A stretch of DNA of 64,000 nucleotides from a bacterium (GTDB lineage Bacteria > Fidelibacterota > Fidelibacteria > Fidelibacterales > Fidelibacteraceae). A model generated the notes under the pieces. The model searched no databases, had not been told where the DNA came from, and saw only the letters and a list, made by a program, of their open reading frames with translations. Shown here in pieces: positions 1 through 10,559 of this stretch; positions within the stretch are counted from its first letter, which is position 1, and every line of letters begins with the position of its first letter. The position numbers and the translations under genes were made by a program. The stretch spans positions 160,001-224,000 of the forward strand of contig OY781066.1 of assembly GCA_963676395.1 (NCBI GenBank), given 5' to 3'.

Positions 1-937
1 AGGCATCAGAGCGACCATGACTTTTAACAACCAGTTTATCATAACCGAAAAGAGGTGAACCGCCATACTCTTCATAAGAAGCAATTTTTGTTAGTTTATT
101 AATACCCCCTAACAAAAAGAGCAATCCAAGTTTCCAAATGAATTTACCTTTTGAAGCTATCTTTGCCAGTTTCTTTACCGCTTCACTGGTGCCTTCCATG
201 GTTTTCATCGCAATATTACCCGTCATTCCCTCTGTAACAACAATATCGGCTTTACCTAACAAAAGATCGTTGCCTTCAATATTTCCTATAAAGTTGATAT
301 CATTTCTTGCTGAGAGAAGCTTATATGCCTTTTTCATCGTTTCATTACCTTTATGTTCTTCAGCCCCTATATTCAGCAAACCGACCGTTGGGTTTTTGAT
401 ATCCAACACCTCTTTAACATAAGCCATTCCCATATAAGCATAATGGACAAGATCTTCCGGTGAGTTTGAAACATTAGCGCCAATATCCATCATAAATGAA
501 AAAATAGGAACATCTTTTCTTTCTTTCATTGTAGGATACAATGTACCCAAAGCTGTCCTTTTTACTCCCGGTATTCTTTTAATATGTGTACCCACAGATA
601 ACACAACCGCACCCGTACTACCGGCAGAAACCATGGCATCGGCTTTATTTTCAGATAACATTCTTGCCGCCAGAAGCACAGAAGCATTGGGTTTATCCTT
701 TATAGCGGTTTTAGGAGAATCTTCCATGGTTATCTCATCGGGCGTATGCTCAATGATGATCTGATCTTTGTTATAAGTATGTTTTAGCAATTCGGCTTTT
801 ATTTTTGCTTCATCTCCTACAAGAATAAATTTAGCTTCAGATTCTGCCGCCATTTGACATGTACCATCAACTGTAACAGCAGGAGCAAAATCTCCTCCCA
901 TGGCATCAATAACAATCGTTTTAATCTTTTTAGACAT
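1..937 (-). CDS. plsX: Phosphate acyltransferase PlsX (3' end runs off the window)
   Basis: Manual translation from ATG at 937: MSKKIKTIVIDAMGGDFAPAVTVDG..., later MVSAGSTGA, DIGAN and LLNIGAEEHKG. Absent from the ORF track because it is truncated. Confidence 0.93.
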   Translation of the reverse strand, partial: MSKKIKTIVIDAMGGDFAPAVTVDGTCQMAAESEAKFILVGDEAKIKAELLKHTYNKDQIIIEHTPDEITMEDSPKTAIKDKPNASVLLAARMLSENKADAMVSAGSTGAVVLSVGTHIKRIPGVKRTALGTLYPTMKERKDVPIFSFMMDIGANVSNSPEDLVHYAYMGMAYVKEVLDIKNPTVGLLNIGAEEHKGNETMKKAYKLLSARNDINFIGNIEGNDLLLGKADIVVTEGMTGNIAMKTMEGTSEAVKKLAKIASKGKFIWKLGLLFLLGGINKLTKIASYEEYGGSPLFGYDKLVVKSHGRSDA

Positions 938-1310
938 TTTACCTTCCTGTATTTAATGGTGCATAATGTAAGAAATTATAGTGAATGATAAAAGAAATGG
1001 TTTCCATTAAGGTTAATACAAAAGAAGAGAAGTAAGATATAAAAAGCAAACTATCGTCAAAATTCTATTTACATCATTCTTAGTAATTGACCATTTATAT
1101 CATTAAGTATTCTACGCAAATTGAATTCGTATTTTCGATTTAAAATTGCATTCATCTCGCCTCGTTAATAACTCACAACTAGTAAGATTTTTCCTTTGTT
1201 TTATTATATTCATCCGTTAAATTTGGAAGCTTTGCTCTTTATATATGTATCATATCACTCCGGAACAAAGCAAGGAGTGGATTTAACAGAATATGGAGGT
1301 TCAATCCCGT

Positions 1311-3215
1311 ATGTCTAAAAAGCTGATGTGGCGCTATCTCTTGATCGTCGTTCTGATAGCATGGGCAGTTTACTCACTGGTTCCCACCCTACAGTTCGAA
1401 CGTTTAACAGACGCTCAAAAAACAGAACTTAAAGAAGAAGGAAAGTTGATCAACCTTGAATCCCGCATGATAAAACGCGGTCTTGATTTGCAGGGTGGTA
1501 TGCATCTTGTCCTTGAAGTAAATGTCCCCGATTTCGTAAAAAACATCGCTGAACACCAATCACGAGCTTATTACGATTTTATTGATAAAGTGGACGCTCA
1601 GTATGCTGAGGCTCCCGAAGTAGATTATCTTGATATCTTACTGAAAACAGCAGATGCAGATAGCCTTCGCCTCAGTCGTTACTTCCCCACCGTTGATCGT
1701 AAAACAGATAACAAAGCCGTCGTAGATAATCTCTCTAAAGAAGCCGAACACGCTGTGATTCGCGCTGAAGAGATCATCCGTAACCGTGTTGACCAATTTG
1801 GTGTTGCTGAACCGGTTATACAACTAGTTGGCAATAAACGTATCATCGTTGAATTGGCCGGTATTGATGATCCTCAACGAGCTAAAGATATTATCCACAA
1901 TACCGCATTGTTGGAATTCGTTTTACTAAAAGACGCAGATTATACCCAAGATATTATCAATCGTATCGATGCTGCCGTAAAACGAATGAACCCTGAAGAT
2001 ATCGTTCAAGCCGATACAGCTGTTGTTGCAAACACCACTTCAGATGATACTGAAATTTCAGTTTCCGAATTGTTAGGTATCGATGAAGACGATGCAAACA
2101 CCACTTCAGATTCTTCTGTTCTGGTTGACCAAAATCTAGCTGCCGAAAAGCCTTTCTCTGCCTTATTGAGAAATCTTGGCTGGGATATCGGTGTTCCTAA
2201 AGGAAACTACTATGCAGTAAATAAGATTTTGAATGATCCTGAAGTAAAGCGCGTTCTTCCCAATGATCTTCGCATTCTATTCTCAGGTCACACCAAAGCA
2301 TATGATTCACAAGAAGGTGGAAAAGTTGACTTCTATACCCTGTACTTTGTAAACCGTGAAGCCGGTATGACCGGTGAAGCTGTTAAAGAAGCTCAGGCAG
2401 AGCTCGGTAGTGTTTCAAGTGAACATATGGGACAACCCATTGTAAACGTTAGAATGAATGCTGAAGGTACTCGCACATGGGCACGCTTAACCGGTGCCAA
2501 TGTAGACAAACGTTTGGCAATCGTTCTTGACAATAAAGTTCAAATGGCTCCAAGAATTCAAAATAAGATCCCAAACGGACGTACGGTTGTTGAAGGGTTT
2601 GCTTCTTTAGCTGAAGCTCAGGACATTGAGATCGTACTTAAAGCCGGTGCTCTTCCTGCTCCTATTGACATTATTGAAGAACGTACAGTCGGTGCATCTT
2701 TGGGTGCTGACTCGATCGAACGCGGAATTCGTTCCATGTTGATCGGTCTTGCTCTGGTTGCCCTATTCATTATTGTATATTATCGTGGTGCAGGTGCTAT
2801 CGCCATCACAACGCTAGTATTGAATATTTTCTTTGTGTTGTCAATTCTCGCTTCATTGCGTGCAACCCTCACCTTACCCGGTATCGCCGGTTTAGTGCTA
2901 ACCATGGGTATGGCTGTTGATGCCAATGTACTTATCTTTGAAAGGATTCGAGAAGAATACCTTAAAGGTAAAACAATACGCTCTGCTGTTGACAATGGTT
3001 ACTCAAGAGCTTTCATTACGATTCTTGATGCCAACTTGACTACTCTTATTACAGCGCTTGTTCTATGGCAATATGGTTCCGGTCCCATTCGTGGTTTTGC
3101 CGTCACTCTATTCTGGGGTATCATCTTTAACTTTGTATCCGGTTACTTCATCTCAAGAACAATTTTTACATCGTTCACACATGGTAAGAAACCGTTAAAC
3201 AAACTCAGTATATAG
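1311..3215 (+). CDS. secD: Protein translocase subunit SecD
   Basis: GLDLQGG, RNRVDQFGVAEP, LKAGALPAP and GMAVDANVLIFERIREE motifs. Start placed at ATG 1311 after GGAGG. Confidence 0.97.
   Translation: MSKKLMWRYLLIVVLIAWAVYSLVPTLQFERLTDAQKTELKEEGKLINLESRMIKRGLDLQGGMHLVLEVNVPDFVKNIAEHQSRAYYDFIDKVDAQYAEAPEVDYLDILLKTADADSLRLSRYFPTVDRKTDNKAVVDNLSKEAEHAVIRAEEIIRNRVDQFGVAEPVIQLVGNKRIIVELAGIDDPQRAKDIIHNTALLEFVLLKDADYTQDIINRIDAAVKRMNPEDIVQADTAVVANTTSDDTEISVSELLGIDEDDANTTSDSSVLVDQNLAAEKPFSALLRNLGWDIGVPKGNYYAVNKILNDPEVKRVLPNDLRILFSGHTKAYDSQEGGKVDFYTLYFVNREAGMTGEAVKEAQAELGSVSSEHMGQPIVNVRMNAEGTRTWARLTGANVDKRLAIVLDNKVQMAPRIQNKIPNGRTVVEGFASLAEAQDIEIVLKAGALPAPIDIIEERTVGASLGADSIERGIRSMLIGLALVALFIIVYYRGAGAIAITTLVLNIFFVLSILASLRATLTLPGIAGLVLTMGMAVDANVLIFERIREEYLKGKTIRSAVDNGYSRAFITILDANLTTLITALVLWQYGSGPIRGFAVTLFWGIIFNFVSGYFISRTIFTSFTHGKKPLNKLSI
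2027..2111 (+). repeat. 19-bp direct repeat (tgcaaacaccacttcagat) within secD, encoding ANTTSD twice
   Basis: Identical copies at 2027-2045 and 2093-2111 in an acidic periplasmic linker. Confidence 0.8.
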
Positions 3216-3224
3216 GAGGCAGCC

Positions 3225-4121
3225 GTGTTTCAATTTTTTAAAAATCCTAATTTTAATATAGTCGGTAAACGACGTGTTGCCTTGATCGTATCACTTGTTG
3301 TTATTATAGCAGGTATTGCATCACTCTTTTTGCAAGGTTTGAACTACGGTGTTGATTTCGCCGGTGGTGCAAAAATGCAAATCGAATTCAAGAAAAGCAT
3401 TTCCGCGGAAGAATTACGAAGTCTTTTTACTGAAAAAGGACTCGGTAATCCCGAGATCAAAAGCTCAGGTGCAAATGAATACATGATCACTATTTCTGCC
3501 AATGAAGCTGAAAATTCAGACAAGCTTCTAGAAGAAGCTCTTCAGAATGTTGATTATGAGATACTTCAGATTGATAAAGTTGGTCCGAAAATGGGTGCTG
3601 AAATGCGTTCAAATTCGGTTTCAGCTGTAGCTATCGCTCTATTATTGATCCTTATCTACATTACCGTTCGTTTCGAATTCAAATTCGCTATCGGTGCGGT
3701 TATTGCTTTATTGCATGATGTGCTTGTAACCTTGGCTTTTTTCTCATTCTTCCAATGGGAATTCTCTCTGCCGGTGCTTGCTGCCTTCTTGACAATCGTT
3801 GGTTATTCTCTAAATGATACTATCGTTGTTTATGACCGTATCCGTGAAAATATCAAGATCCACAAAGGTAAACCTCTCAAAGATGTTATCAATCTTTCGG
3901 TTAACCAGTCATTGGGTCGTACGATCATCACATCATTGACAACTTTCCTTGTTGTACTTATTCTTGCTATCTTTGGTGGCCAGGTATTATTCGGTTTTTC
4001 AATCGCGATGGTAGTCGGTGTCATTGTCGGTACTTACTCTTCAATGTTCGTTGCCGCTCCCGTTCTTATTGCATGGGAACATCGTTTTAAAGAAAACGAC
4101 GACAAGAAAAAGAAAAAATAA
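3225..4121 (+). CDS. secF: Protein translocase subunit SecF
   Basis: GVDFAGG and GYSLNDTIVVYDRIREN motifs; directly follows secD; GTG start. Confidence 0.97.
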   Translation: MFQFFKNPNFNIVGKRRVALIVSLVVIIAGIASLFLQGLNYGVDFAGGAKMQIEFKKSISAEELRSLFTEKGLGNPEIKSSGANEYMITISANEAENSDKLLEEALQNVDYEILQIDKVGPKMGAEMRSNSVSAVAIALLLILIYITVRFEFKFAIGAVIALLHDVLVTLAFFSFFQWEFSLPVLAAFLTIVGYSLNDTIVVYDRIRENIKIHKGKPLKDVINLSVNQSLGRTIITSLTTFLVVLILAIFGGQVLFGFSIAMVVGVIVGTYSSMFVAAPVLIAWEHRFKENDDKKKKK

Positions 4122-4160
4122 TCCGTCGACAGGAATTATCCTGCCGGAATACCGGATATA

Positions 4161-4192
4161 AAAAAGAGCCCGGCAGAGTCCGGGCTTTTTTT
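4161..4192 (+). terminator. Rho-independent terminator after secF
   Basis: agcccgg-cagagt-ccgggct stem followed by a T-run and preceded by an A-run. Confidence 0.8.
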
Positions 4193-4197
4193 CAAGG

Positions 4198-4956
4198 ATG
4201 AAAAATATGCACTCAAAAGAACTGATCAAAGTCAACCATCTTAACTTCTCTTTCGATAAAAAAATTGAAGTTCTCTCGGAGATTGATCTTCCGGTCTATG
4301 AAAAAGATTATCTCGTTATTATGGGACCAAATGGTGGAGGTAAAACAACTTTATTAAAATGCATGTTAGGTTTACTCAAGCCAAATTCCGGTTATATAGA
4401 TTACAATGGAATTAAGAAAAATGATTTTGGTTATGTGCCTCAGTTCACAACCTTTGACAAGCATATGCCCATTCGAGTTCATGAGTTTATAGAAACCGGA
4501 TTAATCGGTCAATATCACGCATTTAAAAAGCGTAATCCGGTAGATAAATCCGTTATAGAAGCTCAGTTGGAAGAGTTCGACATTAAAGACATCGCGTGTT
4601 CATCTATCTCGGAGATCTCAGGCGGTCAATTACAGCGGGCATTGCTGGCCAGAGCTCTGATCCAAAATCCAAAAATCCTATTTTTGGATGAACCTACAAC
4701 CTTTATTGATTCCGAATCAAGAGGAAATCTTTCGGAAATACTAAAGCGCTTAAATGAAAAAATGGCTATCGTTATGATCACACACGACACCTCAACCATA
4801 GATGATCAAGTAAAAAATATTGCCTGTGTAAATAAAACACTGTATTACCACGGGCGCGATGAACATATGGAAGAATCACTAGAAAAAGTTTATGGCTGTC
4901 CCATTGAACTAATAGGACATGGATTACCCCATCGAGTCCTAAAGGAGCATAAATGA
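4198..4956 (+). CDS. Zn/Mn ABC transporter ATP-binding protein (ZnuC-like)
   Basis: Walker A GPNGGGKT, signature ISGGQLQR, LDEP, and C-terminal YGCPIELIGHG. Confidence 0.9.
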   Translation: MKNMHSKELIKVNHLNFSFDKKIEVLSEIDLPVYEKDYLVIMGPNGGGKTTLLKCMLGLLKPNSGYIDYNGIKKNDFGYVPQFTTFDKHMPIRVHEFIETGLIGQYHAFKKRNPVDKSVIEAQLEEFDIKDIACSSISEISGGQLQRALLARALIQNPKILFLDEPTTFIDSESRGNLSEILKRLNEKMAIVMITHDTSTIDDQVKNIACVNKTLYYHGRDEHMEESLEKVYGCPIELIGHGLPHRVLKEHK

Positions 4957-5762
4957 ATATCTTGCAATATGAATTCGTTCAAAACGCCCTTCTTGCCGGA
5001 ATTCTGTTAAGTATTACGGCAGGTATTATCGGATCATTAATCGTGATTAAACGCGATACTTTTCTTGTAGGTGGTATTTCACATGCTTCTTTTGGTGGAC
5101 TTGGACTATTTTATTTTCTTGGTTTAGATCCTATCCTTGGTGCTTTTACCGTAGCCTTAGCTTCCGGTTCGGTTATTGGCCTGAGTAATGAGAAACAATT
5201 ACACACACATAATGCCATTATTGGCGTACTCTGGGCATTCGGTATGTCTTTGGGTATTATTTTTATCACCATCACTCCAGGTTACGCACCAAACTTACTA
5301 ACCTATCTTTTTGGTGATATCCTTACGGTTTCAAGACCCGATATCATAAGTATCGCTCTTTATAATATTGTTTTGTTAACTGTTTTATTTTTGTTCTATA
5401 AACCTTTGATCGTATACCTTTTTGATAAAGAATTCGCAGCCCTACATGGTATTCCTGTGAAATTGTTTAGATACTTTTTCTACCTCTTCATTGCTATTGC
5501 TATTGTTCTTATGATCAGATCTGTAGGTATCATTCTGGTATTGGCTTTATTAACAATCCCACCACTTATCGCTCTCCCCTTTTTAAAGCGAATGCCAATA
5601 ATCATGCTGTGGTCTGTCCTAATCTCCCTTTTCATTTTCATTAGCGGCTTTTTTATTGCCTATTACACGAACCTCCCCACGGGTCCGATCATTATTGTTA
5701 CCGGAACAATACTCCTGTTTGTTACGAGGGTTATATGCTTTCTCAGGGACAAAAACTCCTAA
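4953..5762 (+). CDS. Zn/Mn ABC transporter permease (ZnuB-like)
   Basis: ISHASFGG and YLFGDIL motifs, multiple TM helices, ATGA overlap with the ATPase gene. Confidence 0.9.
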   Translation: MNILQYEFVQNALLAGILLSITAGIIGSLIVIKRDTFLVGGISHASFGGLGLFYFLGLDPILGAFTVALASGSVIGLSNEKQLHTHNAIIGVLWAFGMSLGIIFITITPGYAPNLLTYLFGDILTVSRPDIISIALYNIVLLTVLFLFYKPLIVYLFDKEFAALHGIPVKLFRYFFYLFIAIAIVLMIRSVGIILVLALLTIPPLIALPFLKRMPIIMLWSVLISLFIFISGFFIAYYTNLPTGPIIIVTGTILLFVTRVICFLRDKNS

Positions 5763-7003
5763 AACAGATCTATTTCGATATTATCGAAGAAGTTAAAGCT
5801 CCCGCACTGTATAAAAAATACCTGCATCGCTGGGAAGATACTTTATTTTATCGCAATACTCCCTTAGAGATTCAAGGCAAGAAGGTATTTCTCGCCGGTT
5901 CCGGGAAAGCTTCCTTAGGAATGGCAGAAGCTGTTTTGGAATATCTACCCGCTGAGGTCTATGATTCACTCTTTATTACCCCCAAAGAAGCTCCTGAGAG
6001 CCCGTTCAATACAATAATGGGCGATCATCCCATACCCGGCAATAATAGCTTAGAAGCCGGAATAAACATGAAACGATTTCTGACATCATTAACTAAAAAT
6101 GATACACTTTTATATTTTCTTTCCGGTGGTTCATCCGCTATGTTCGAATTGCCAATTAAAGGTATAGACTTAAATGACATGCGTGAGTTGACGGCCACCT
6201 GCCTTGCATCGGGTGCAGATATACATGAGATCAACACTCTACGCTCTTCGCTTTCTCTTGTTAAAGGCGGAAAACTTACCAATTTATGCAAAGCTACTAT
6301 CTATATTTTCGTTCTATCGGATGTGATGGGAAATGATCTTTCCATCATTGGTTCAGGCCCCTTTTATACGGCCGGGCATCTACATAATATTAACGATATC
6401 ATCATAAAATATAACCTGGACTCATCAATAAATACCAATACACTTTACCATCTCAAGAATGCTGAAACTCACGCGAATTCACGGTCAGTATCACATTTCT
6501 TGATTGGTACAAATATGGAATTATTGCAAGCGGCAGAAACAGCCTGCTTTGACCATAACATAAAACCCATAACTTTCCCCGAAAGCCTTAGAGGTGAAGC
6601 CCGGGAAAGTGGAAAAATGATCGCTGACATGATCAAAAAATACAATTCAGGCACACCTGTCGCCTTTATATTCGGTGGTGAAAACACTGTTACTTTAAAT
6701 GATTCACCCGGGAAAGGCGGAAGAACCCAAGAACTGGCACTTTCTGTGCTCAATGAGTTAAAAGATGAATGTAAATATTCGCTCTTGGCTGCCGGTTCAG
6801 ATGGTATGGATGGTATGGGTGGAGCCGCTGGAGCTGTAATCTGCTCCGAAACATATCAAATCATCCAAGAAAAAGATCTATCTATTCAAGAATATCTTGA
6901 TCGACACGATTCTTATGGCATTTTCAAAGAATGCAATGCTTTGATAGAGTGCGGGTATACGGGGACAAATGTTGCTGACATTGTTGTTGCCATTAAGTAT
7001 TAA
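5735..7003 (+). CDS. Glycerate 2-kinase (MOFRL/DUF4147 family)
   Basis: GSGKAS, LSGGSSA, IGSGP, GGENTV, GGRTQE, SDGMDG and TGTNVAD motifs. Exact start uncertain. Confidence 0.9.
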   Translation: MLSQGQKLLKQIYFDIIEEVKAPALYKKYLHRWEDTLFYRNTPLEIQGKKVFLAGSGKASLGMAEAVLEYLPAEVYDSLFITPKEAPESPFNTIMGDHPIPGNNSLEAGINMKRFLTSLTKNDTLLYFLSGGSSAMFELPIKGIDLNDMRELTATCLASGADIHEINTLRSSLSLVKGGKLTNLCKATIYIFVLSDVMGNDLSIIGSGPFYTAGHLHNINDIIIKYNLDSSINTNTLYHLKNAETHANSRSVSHFLIGTNMELLQAAETACFDHNIKPITFPESLRGEARESGKMIADMIKKYNSGTPVAFIFGGENTVTLNDSPGKGGRTQELALSVLNELKDECKYSLLAAGSDGMDGMGGAAGAVICSETYQIIQEKDLSIQEYLDRHDSYGIFKECNALIECGYTGTNVADIVVAIKY

Positions 7004-7007
7004 GCAT

Positions 7008-7025
7008 GACGCAATACCTTGCGTC
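7008..7025. repeat. REP-like palindrome gacgcaa-tacc-ttgcgtc
   Basis: 7-bp stem between convergent genes; the minus strand begins GTAT-GGACGCAA, resembling GTAG-type REPs. Confidence 0.5.
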
Positions 7026-7045
7026 CATACAATTCTATTTTAAAT

Positions 7046-7074
7046 AAAAAAAGGGCCAGAAATATCTGACCCTT
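7046..7074 (-). terminator. Terminator of the hydrogenase operon
   Basis: Minus strand aagggtcaga-tatt-tctggccctt followed by a T-run. Confidence 0.7.
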
Positions 7075-7093
7075 GCATTATAATCATTTATTT

Positions 7094-8884
7094 TTACACA
7101 CGTTCTCTACGCGTATATTTCGTATGCAGTAATTCATGAGATTTATGACCCAAAGGTTTACCAAGAAAATCTTTATAGATTCTTTGAACATCAGGGTTTT
7201 CATGAGATTTACGTAAGACTTTCTTTTCGTCTTCATCATAAATAGCAGCTGCACGAGCTTTACGGATCTCTGCATTGGTCGGAATGGGCTGACCTCCACC
7301 ACCGATACAGCCACCTGGACAAGCCATCACCTCTACAAAGTGATATGGCGATTCACCGATAACCAGATTATCCATAATCTGAGCGGCATTTGTCAAACCG
7401 TGAGCAATAGCAACTTTAACTTCAATACCTTCGAGGAAAGAGAAATCAGGCAAGACGTTTTCAAGCTTTATACTTGCTTCACGAATACCTTCCATACCTC
7501 GAACCGGGGTGATCTTTAAACCGTCAAAGGGTACTTCGCGACCGGTCAATACTTCGTATGCCGTACGCAATGCAGCTTCCATTACACCACCGGTAGCACC
7601 GAATATCACAGCAGCACCGGTAGAATCGCCCATGAACTTATCAAAATTACCATCTTTTAGTTCTTTAAAGTTTACACCGGACTGACGGATCATATGACCC
7701 AATTCACGAGTTGTCATAACATAATCAACATCCTGCATACCACTATCATTCATTTCAATACGCTTTGCTTCGTATTTCTTTGCTGAACAAGGCATGACAG
7801 AAACCGATACGATACTTTTAGGGTCGATCTTTTTCTTATCAGCATAATATGTTTTCAATAAAGCACCAAACATCTGCTGAGGTGATTTACAAGTAGATAG
7901 GTGATCCAGGTAATCTGGATATGCATGTTCAATAAACTTAATCCAACCGGGTGAACATGAGGTAAACATTGGCAGAGCCACATCTTCACCATCCACCAGT
8001 TTTCGTTTAAGACGATCGATCAACTCATGACCTTCTTCCATAATGGTCAAGTCAGCTGAGAAATCAGTATCCAGCACTGAATCAAAACCGAGATGTTTCA
8101 ATGCAGCAGCCATTTTACCTGTTACACGAACACCGGGTTCATAACCCAACATTTCACCAAGGGCAACACGAACAGCAGGAGCTGTTTGTACAGCGACATG
8201 CTTATTGGGATCACCGATAGCTTCCCAAATTTCATCGATATAACGACGTTCGGTCAAAGCACCTGTTGGGCAACGATTGATACACTGTCCGCAATTGGTA
8301 CAAACCACATCGCTCATCACCGTATCAAAGAACGTGGCGATCTTCATGTCGGCACCCTTCTTGATAACATCCAAAGCATTCACTTTCTGTAGCTCGGCAC
8401 AAGTACGTACACAACGCTGACAGCGGATACATTTGGTTTCATCTTTTTCAATAGCCCATGATGAGTCATCAACGGTAAATGTTTTATCTTTTAAAAGATT
8501 CAAGTAAATTTCGTTATCGATATTATATTCAGCAGCTAATTCCTGAAGTTCACAATTTGTTGAACGATAACATGTTGTACATTGTGTTGAGTGTTCTGAT
8601 ACTAATAAAGCAAGAACATCTTTACGTGCACGGCGCACTTTTGGTGAGTTGGTAAATACAACCATACCTTCCATGGCGGGAGTAGCACAAGCGGCGGGTA
8701 GTACACGCCATCCTTCGACCTCGACAACACAAACACGGCAGTTACCGGCAACACAAAGATCCTGATGATAACACAAAGTAGGAATCTTCACCTTTTCCAA
8801 CTTAGCCGCTTCGAAGAGCGTCGTCCCCTCGGGAACCGAGATCACTTTTCCGTCTATAGTTAATTTGATCATTTTTTCAGCCAT
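7094..8884 (-). CDS. hydA: [FeFe]-hydrogenase catalytic subunit, group A (HydA/HndD-like)
   Basis: N-terminal [2Fe-2S], His-ligated cluster and 2x[4Fe-4S] motifs; H-cluster motifs TSCSPGW, MPCSAKKYE and EVMACPGGCIGGGGQP. Confidence 0.95.
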   Translation of the reverse strand: MAEKMIKLTIDGKVISVPEGTTLFEAAKLEKVKIPTLCYHQDLCVAGNCRVCVVEVEGWRVLPAACATPAMEGMVVFTNSPKVRRARKDVLALLVSEHSTQCTTCYRSTNCELQELAAEYNIDNEIYLNLLKDKTFTVDDSSWAIEKDETKCIRCQRCVRTCAELQKVNALDVIKKGADMKIATFFDTVMSDVVCTNCGQCINRCPTGALTERRYIDEIWEAIGDPNKHVAVQTAPAVRVALGEMLGYEPGVRVTGKMAAALKHLGFDSVLDTDFSADLTIMEEGHELIDRLKRKLVDGEDVALPMFTSCSPGWIKFIEHAYPDYLDHLSTCKSPQQMFGALLKTYYADKKKIDPKSIVSVSVMPCSAKKYEAKRIEMNDSGMQDVDYVMTTRELGHMIRQSGVNFKELKDGNFDKFMGDSTGAAVIFGATGGVMEAALRTAYEVLTGREVPFDGLKITPVRGMEGIREASIKLENVLPDFSFLEGIEVKVAIAHGLTNAAQIMDNLVIGESPYHFVEVMACPGGCIGGGGQPIPTNAEIRKARAAAIYDEDEKKVLRKSHENPDVQRIYKDFLGKPLGHKSHELLHTKYTRRERV

Positions 8885-8896
8885 TTTTTACCTCTT

Positions 8897-10078
8897 TTAG
8901 TAGATCATTTCTTCTCTAAAGTTCTCAACGATCGAAGAGAATGAATTAGCGACAGATTGGCCAAGACCACATTTTGCCGTCAATTTCATTGTATCCGATA
9001 AGCGCAGGAGATCATCAAGATATTTCTGTGATTTTTCACCGCGTTTTACCGCTTCGACACCCTTCAACAACTGCTGACAACCTACACGACAAGGTGTACA
9101 CTGTCCGCATGATTCTTCTTCGAAGAAATCAAGGTAGTTATGTAAAACATTGTACATCGAACGAGATGAGTTGAAGATCATCATTGAACCACCGGTAGGT
9201 AGAGAAAAGCCTTCCAAACCACCCTGATAACCGATATGTGTTTCTTTAAAACGTTTGCGTGGAACACAAAAACCGGAAGCACCACCGACCTGAACGGCCT
9301 TAGCATCGCCATCACCGAATTCTTTAACGAATTGTTCCAAAGTCATACCTAATTCAAGCTCATAAATACCGGCTTTGGGAGTATCGCCCGATACAGAGAA
9401 CAATTTTGAACCGGTTGAACCTTCAAATCCCATAGATTTGAATTTTTCTGAACCAATGTACATGATCATCAAGGCATAAACCAATGTTTCAACATTGTTG
9501 ACAACTGTTGGTTTACCGAGGTAACCTTGGTTTGTAGGATAAGGAGGTTTATTACGAGGTTCACCGCGCTTACCTTCCATAGATTCGATCAAAGAAGTTT
9601 CTTCACCGCAGACGTATGCACCGCCACCGATAAAAAGATTTACTTTGAAATCAAGATCGAATTCATCCATCCATACATGAAATTTCTCCAAGAGATTTTC
9701 CAATTTAGGGATAAGGAATTTATATTCGCTACGAAGATAAATAAAACCTTCCCTAGCTCCTGTTACATAAGATGCCAATGCCATACCACCAAGAACTTTC
9801 AAGCCGACACGGTCAAGGATCTCACGATCTTTAAATGTACCGGGCTCGCCTTCATCGGCGTTACAGATCACATATTTTTTATTACTCTTTTCTTCCATAG
9901 CCATTTTCCACTTCAGTCCGGTTGGAAAACCGGCACCGCCGCGGCCTTTAAGACCGGAATCGATCAAATCTTTAACGATCTCTTCTTTAGGTCTTTTAAG
10001 AGCAACAGCCAGAATATCCTTACAAGTGCAATCCTTACTAAAAATAAGGTCAACTCTTTTTAATTTTTGCTTAGCCAT
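8897..10078 (-). CDS. hydB: NADH/FMN-binding hydrogenase subunit (HydB/NuoF-like), short form
   Basis: GRGGAGFPTG, CNADEGEPGTFKDR, GAYVCGEETSL and ESCGQCTPCR...C motifs. Start placed at ATG 10078. Confidence 0.9.
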   Translation of the reverse strand: MAKQKLKRVDLIFSKDCTCKDILAVALKRPKEEIVKDLIDSGLKGRGGAGFPTGLKWKMAMEEKSNKKYVICNADEGEPGTFKDREILDRVGLKVLGGMALASYVTGAREGFIYLRSEYKFLIPKLENLLEKFHVWMDEFDLDFKVNLFIGGGAYVCGEETSLIESMEGKRGEPRNKPPYPTNQGYLGKPTVVNNVETLVYALMIMYIGSEKFKSMGFEGSTGSKLFSVSGDTPKAGIYELELGMTLEQFVKEFGDGDAKAVQVGGASGFCVPRKRFKETHIGYQGGLEGFSLPTGGSMMIFNSSRSMYNVLHNYLDFFEEESCGQCTPCRVGCQQLLKGVEAVKRGEKSQKYLDDLLRLSDTMKLTAKCGLGQSVANSFSSIVENFREEMIY

Positions 10079-10094
10079 TATGATAAAACCTTTT

Positions 10095-10559
10095 TTATTT
10101 TTTATAATATTCGTCAATAATGTTCTGAACCTTTTCGGGAGTTAAATCCGTATAAGGGTGGTCATTAATCAACATTGCCGGCCCTTTGTGACACCAACCG
10201 ATACAGTTGGTTTGCAACAAAGTAAACTTACCATCCGAAGTAGTTTCACCCAGTTTTATCTTCAAAGCATCTTCAAGAGCAAGCATAATATCATTTGATC
10301 CCTTCATATAACAGGAAATCGTTTTGCAAACCCAGATGATATTCTGACCGCGGGCTTCCAAATCCAGAAAGTGATAAAAGGATGCCACACCGTAAACATG
10401 TGCGGAGGACAAGCCCATTTCCGCTGCGATCTCAGAAATATCGCTTCGTGATAAGTAATTATTGATTTGCTTCACTTCATGTAAAACGGGAAGCAAATTT
10501 TTGCGCTCTTTACCGTGCTTCTGTACAGCAGCACGAATAGCGCTTTCTCGTTTTCTCAT
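10095..10559 (-). CDS. hydC: [2Fe-2S] hydrogenase subunit (HydC/NuoE-like)
   Basis: CKTISC...CIGWC thioredoxin-like ferredoxin motif; ATG 10559 follows GAGG. Confidence 0.9.
   Translation of the reverse strand: MRKRESAIRAAVQKHGKERKNLLPVLHEVKQINNYLSRSDISEIAAEMGLSSAHVYGVASFYHFLDLEARGQNIIWVCKTISCYMKGSNDIMLALEDALKIKLGETTSDGKFTLLQTNCIGWCHKGPAMLINDHPYTDLTPEKVQNIIDEYYKK

Noticed and set aside
138..422. 94-aa plus-strand ORF
   Set aside because: Antisense shadow of plsX.
4198..5762. Metal ABC transporter lacking a substrate-binding gene as a novelty
   Set aside because: The binding protein is often encoded elsewhere; this cannot be judged from one window.
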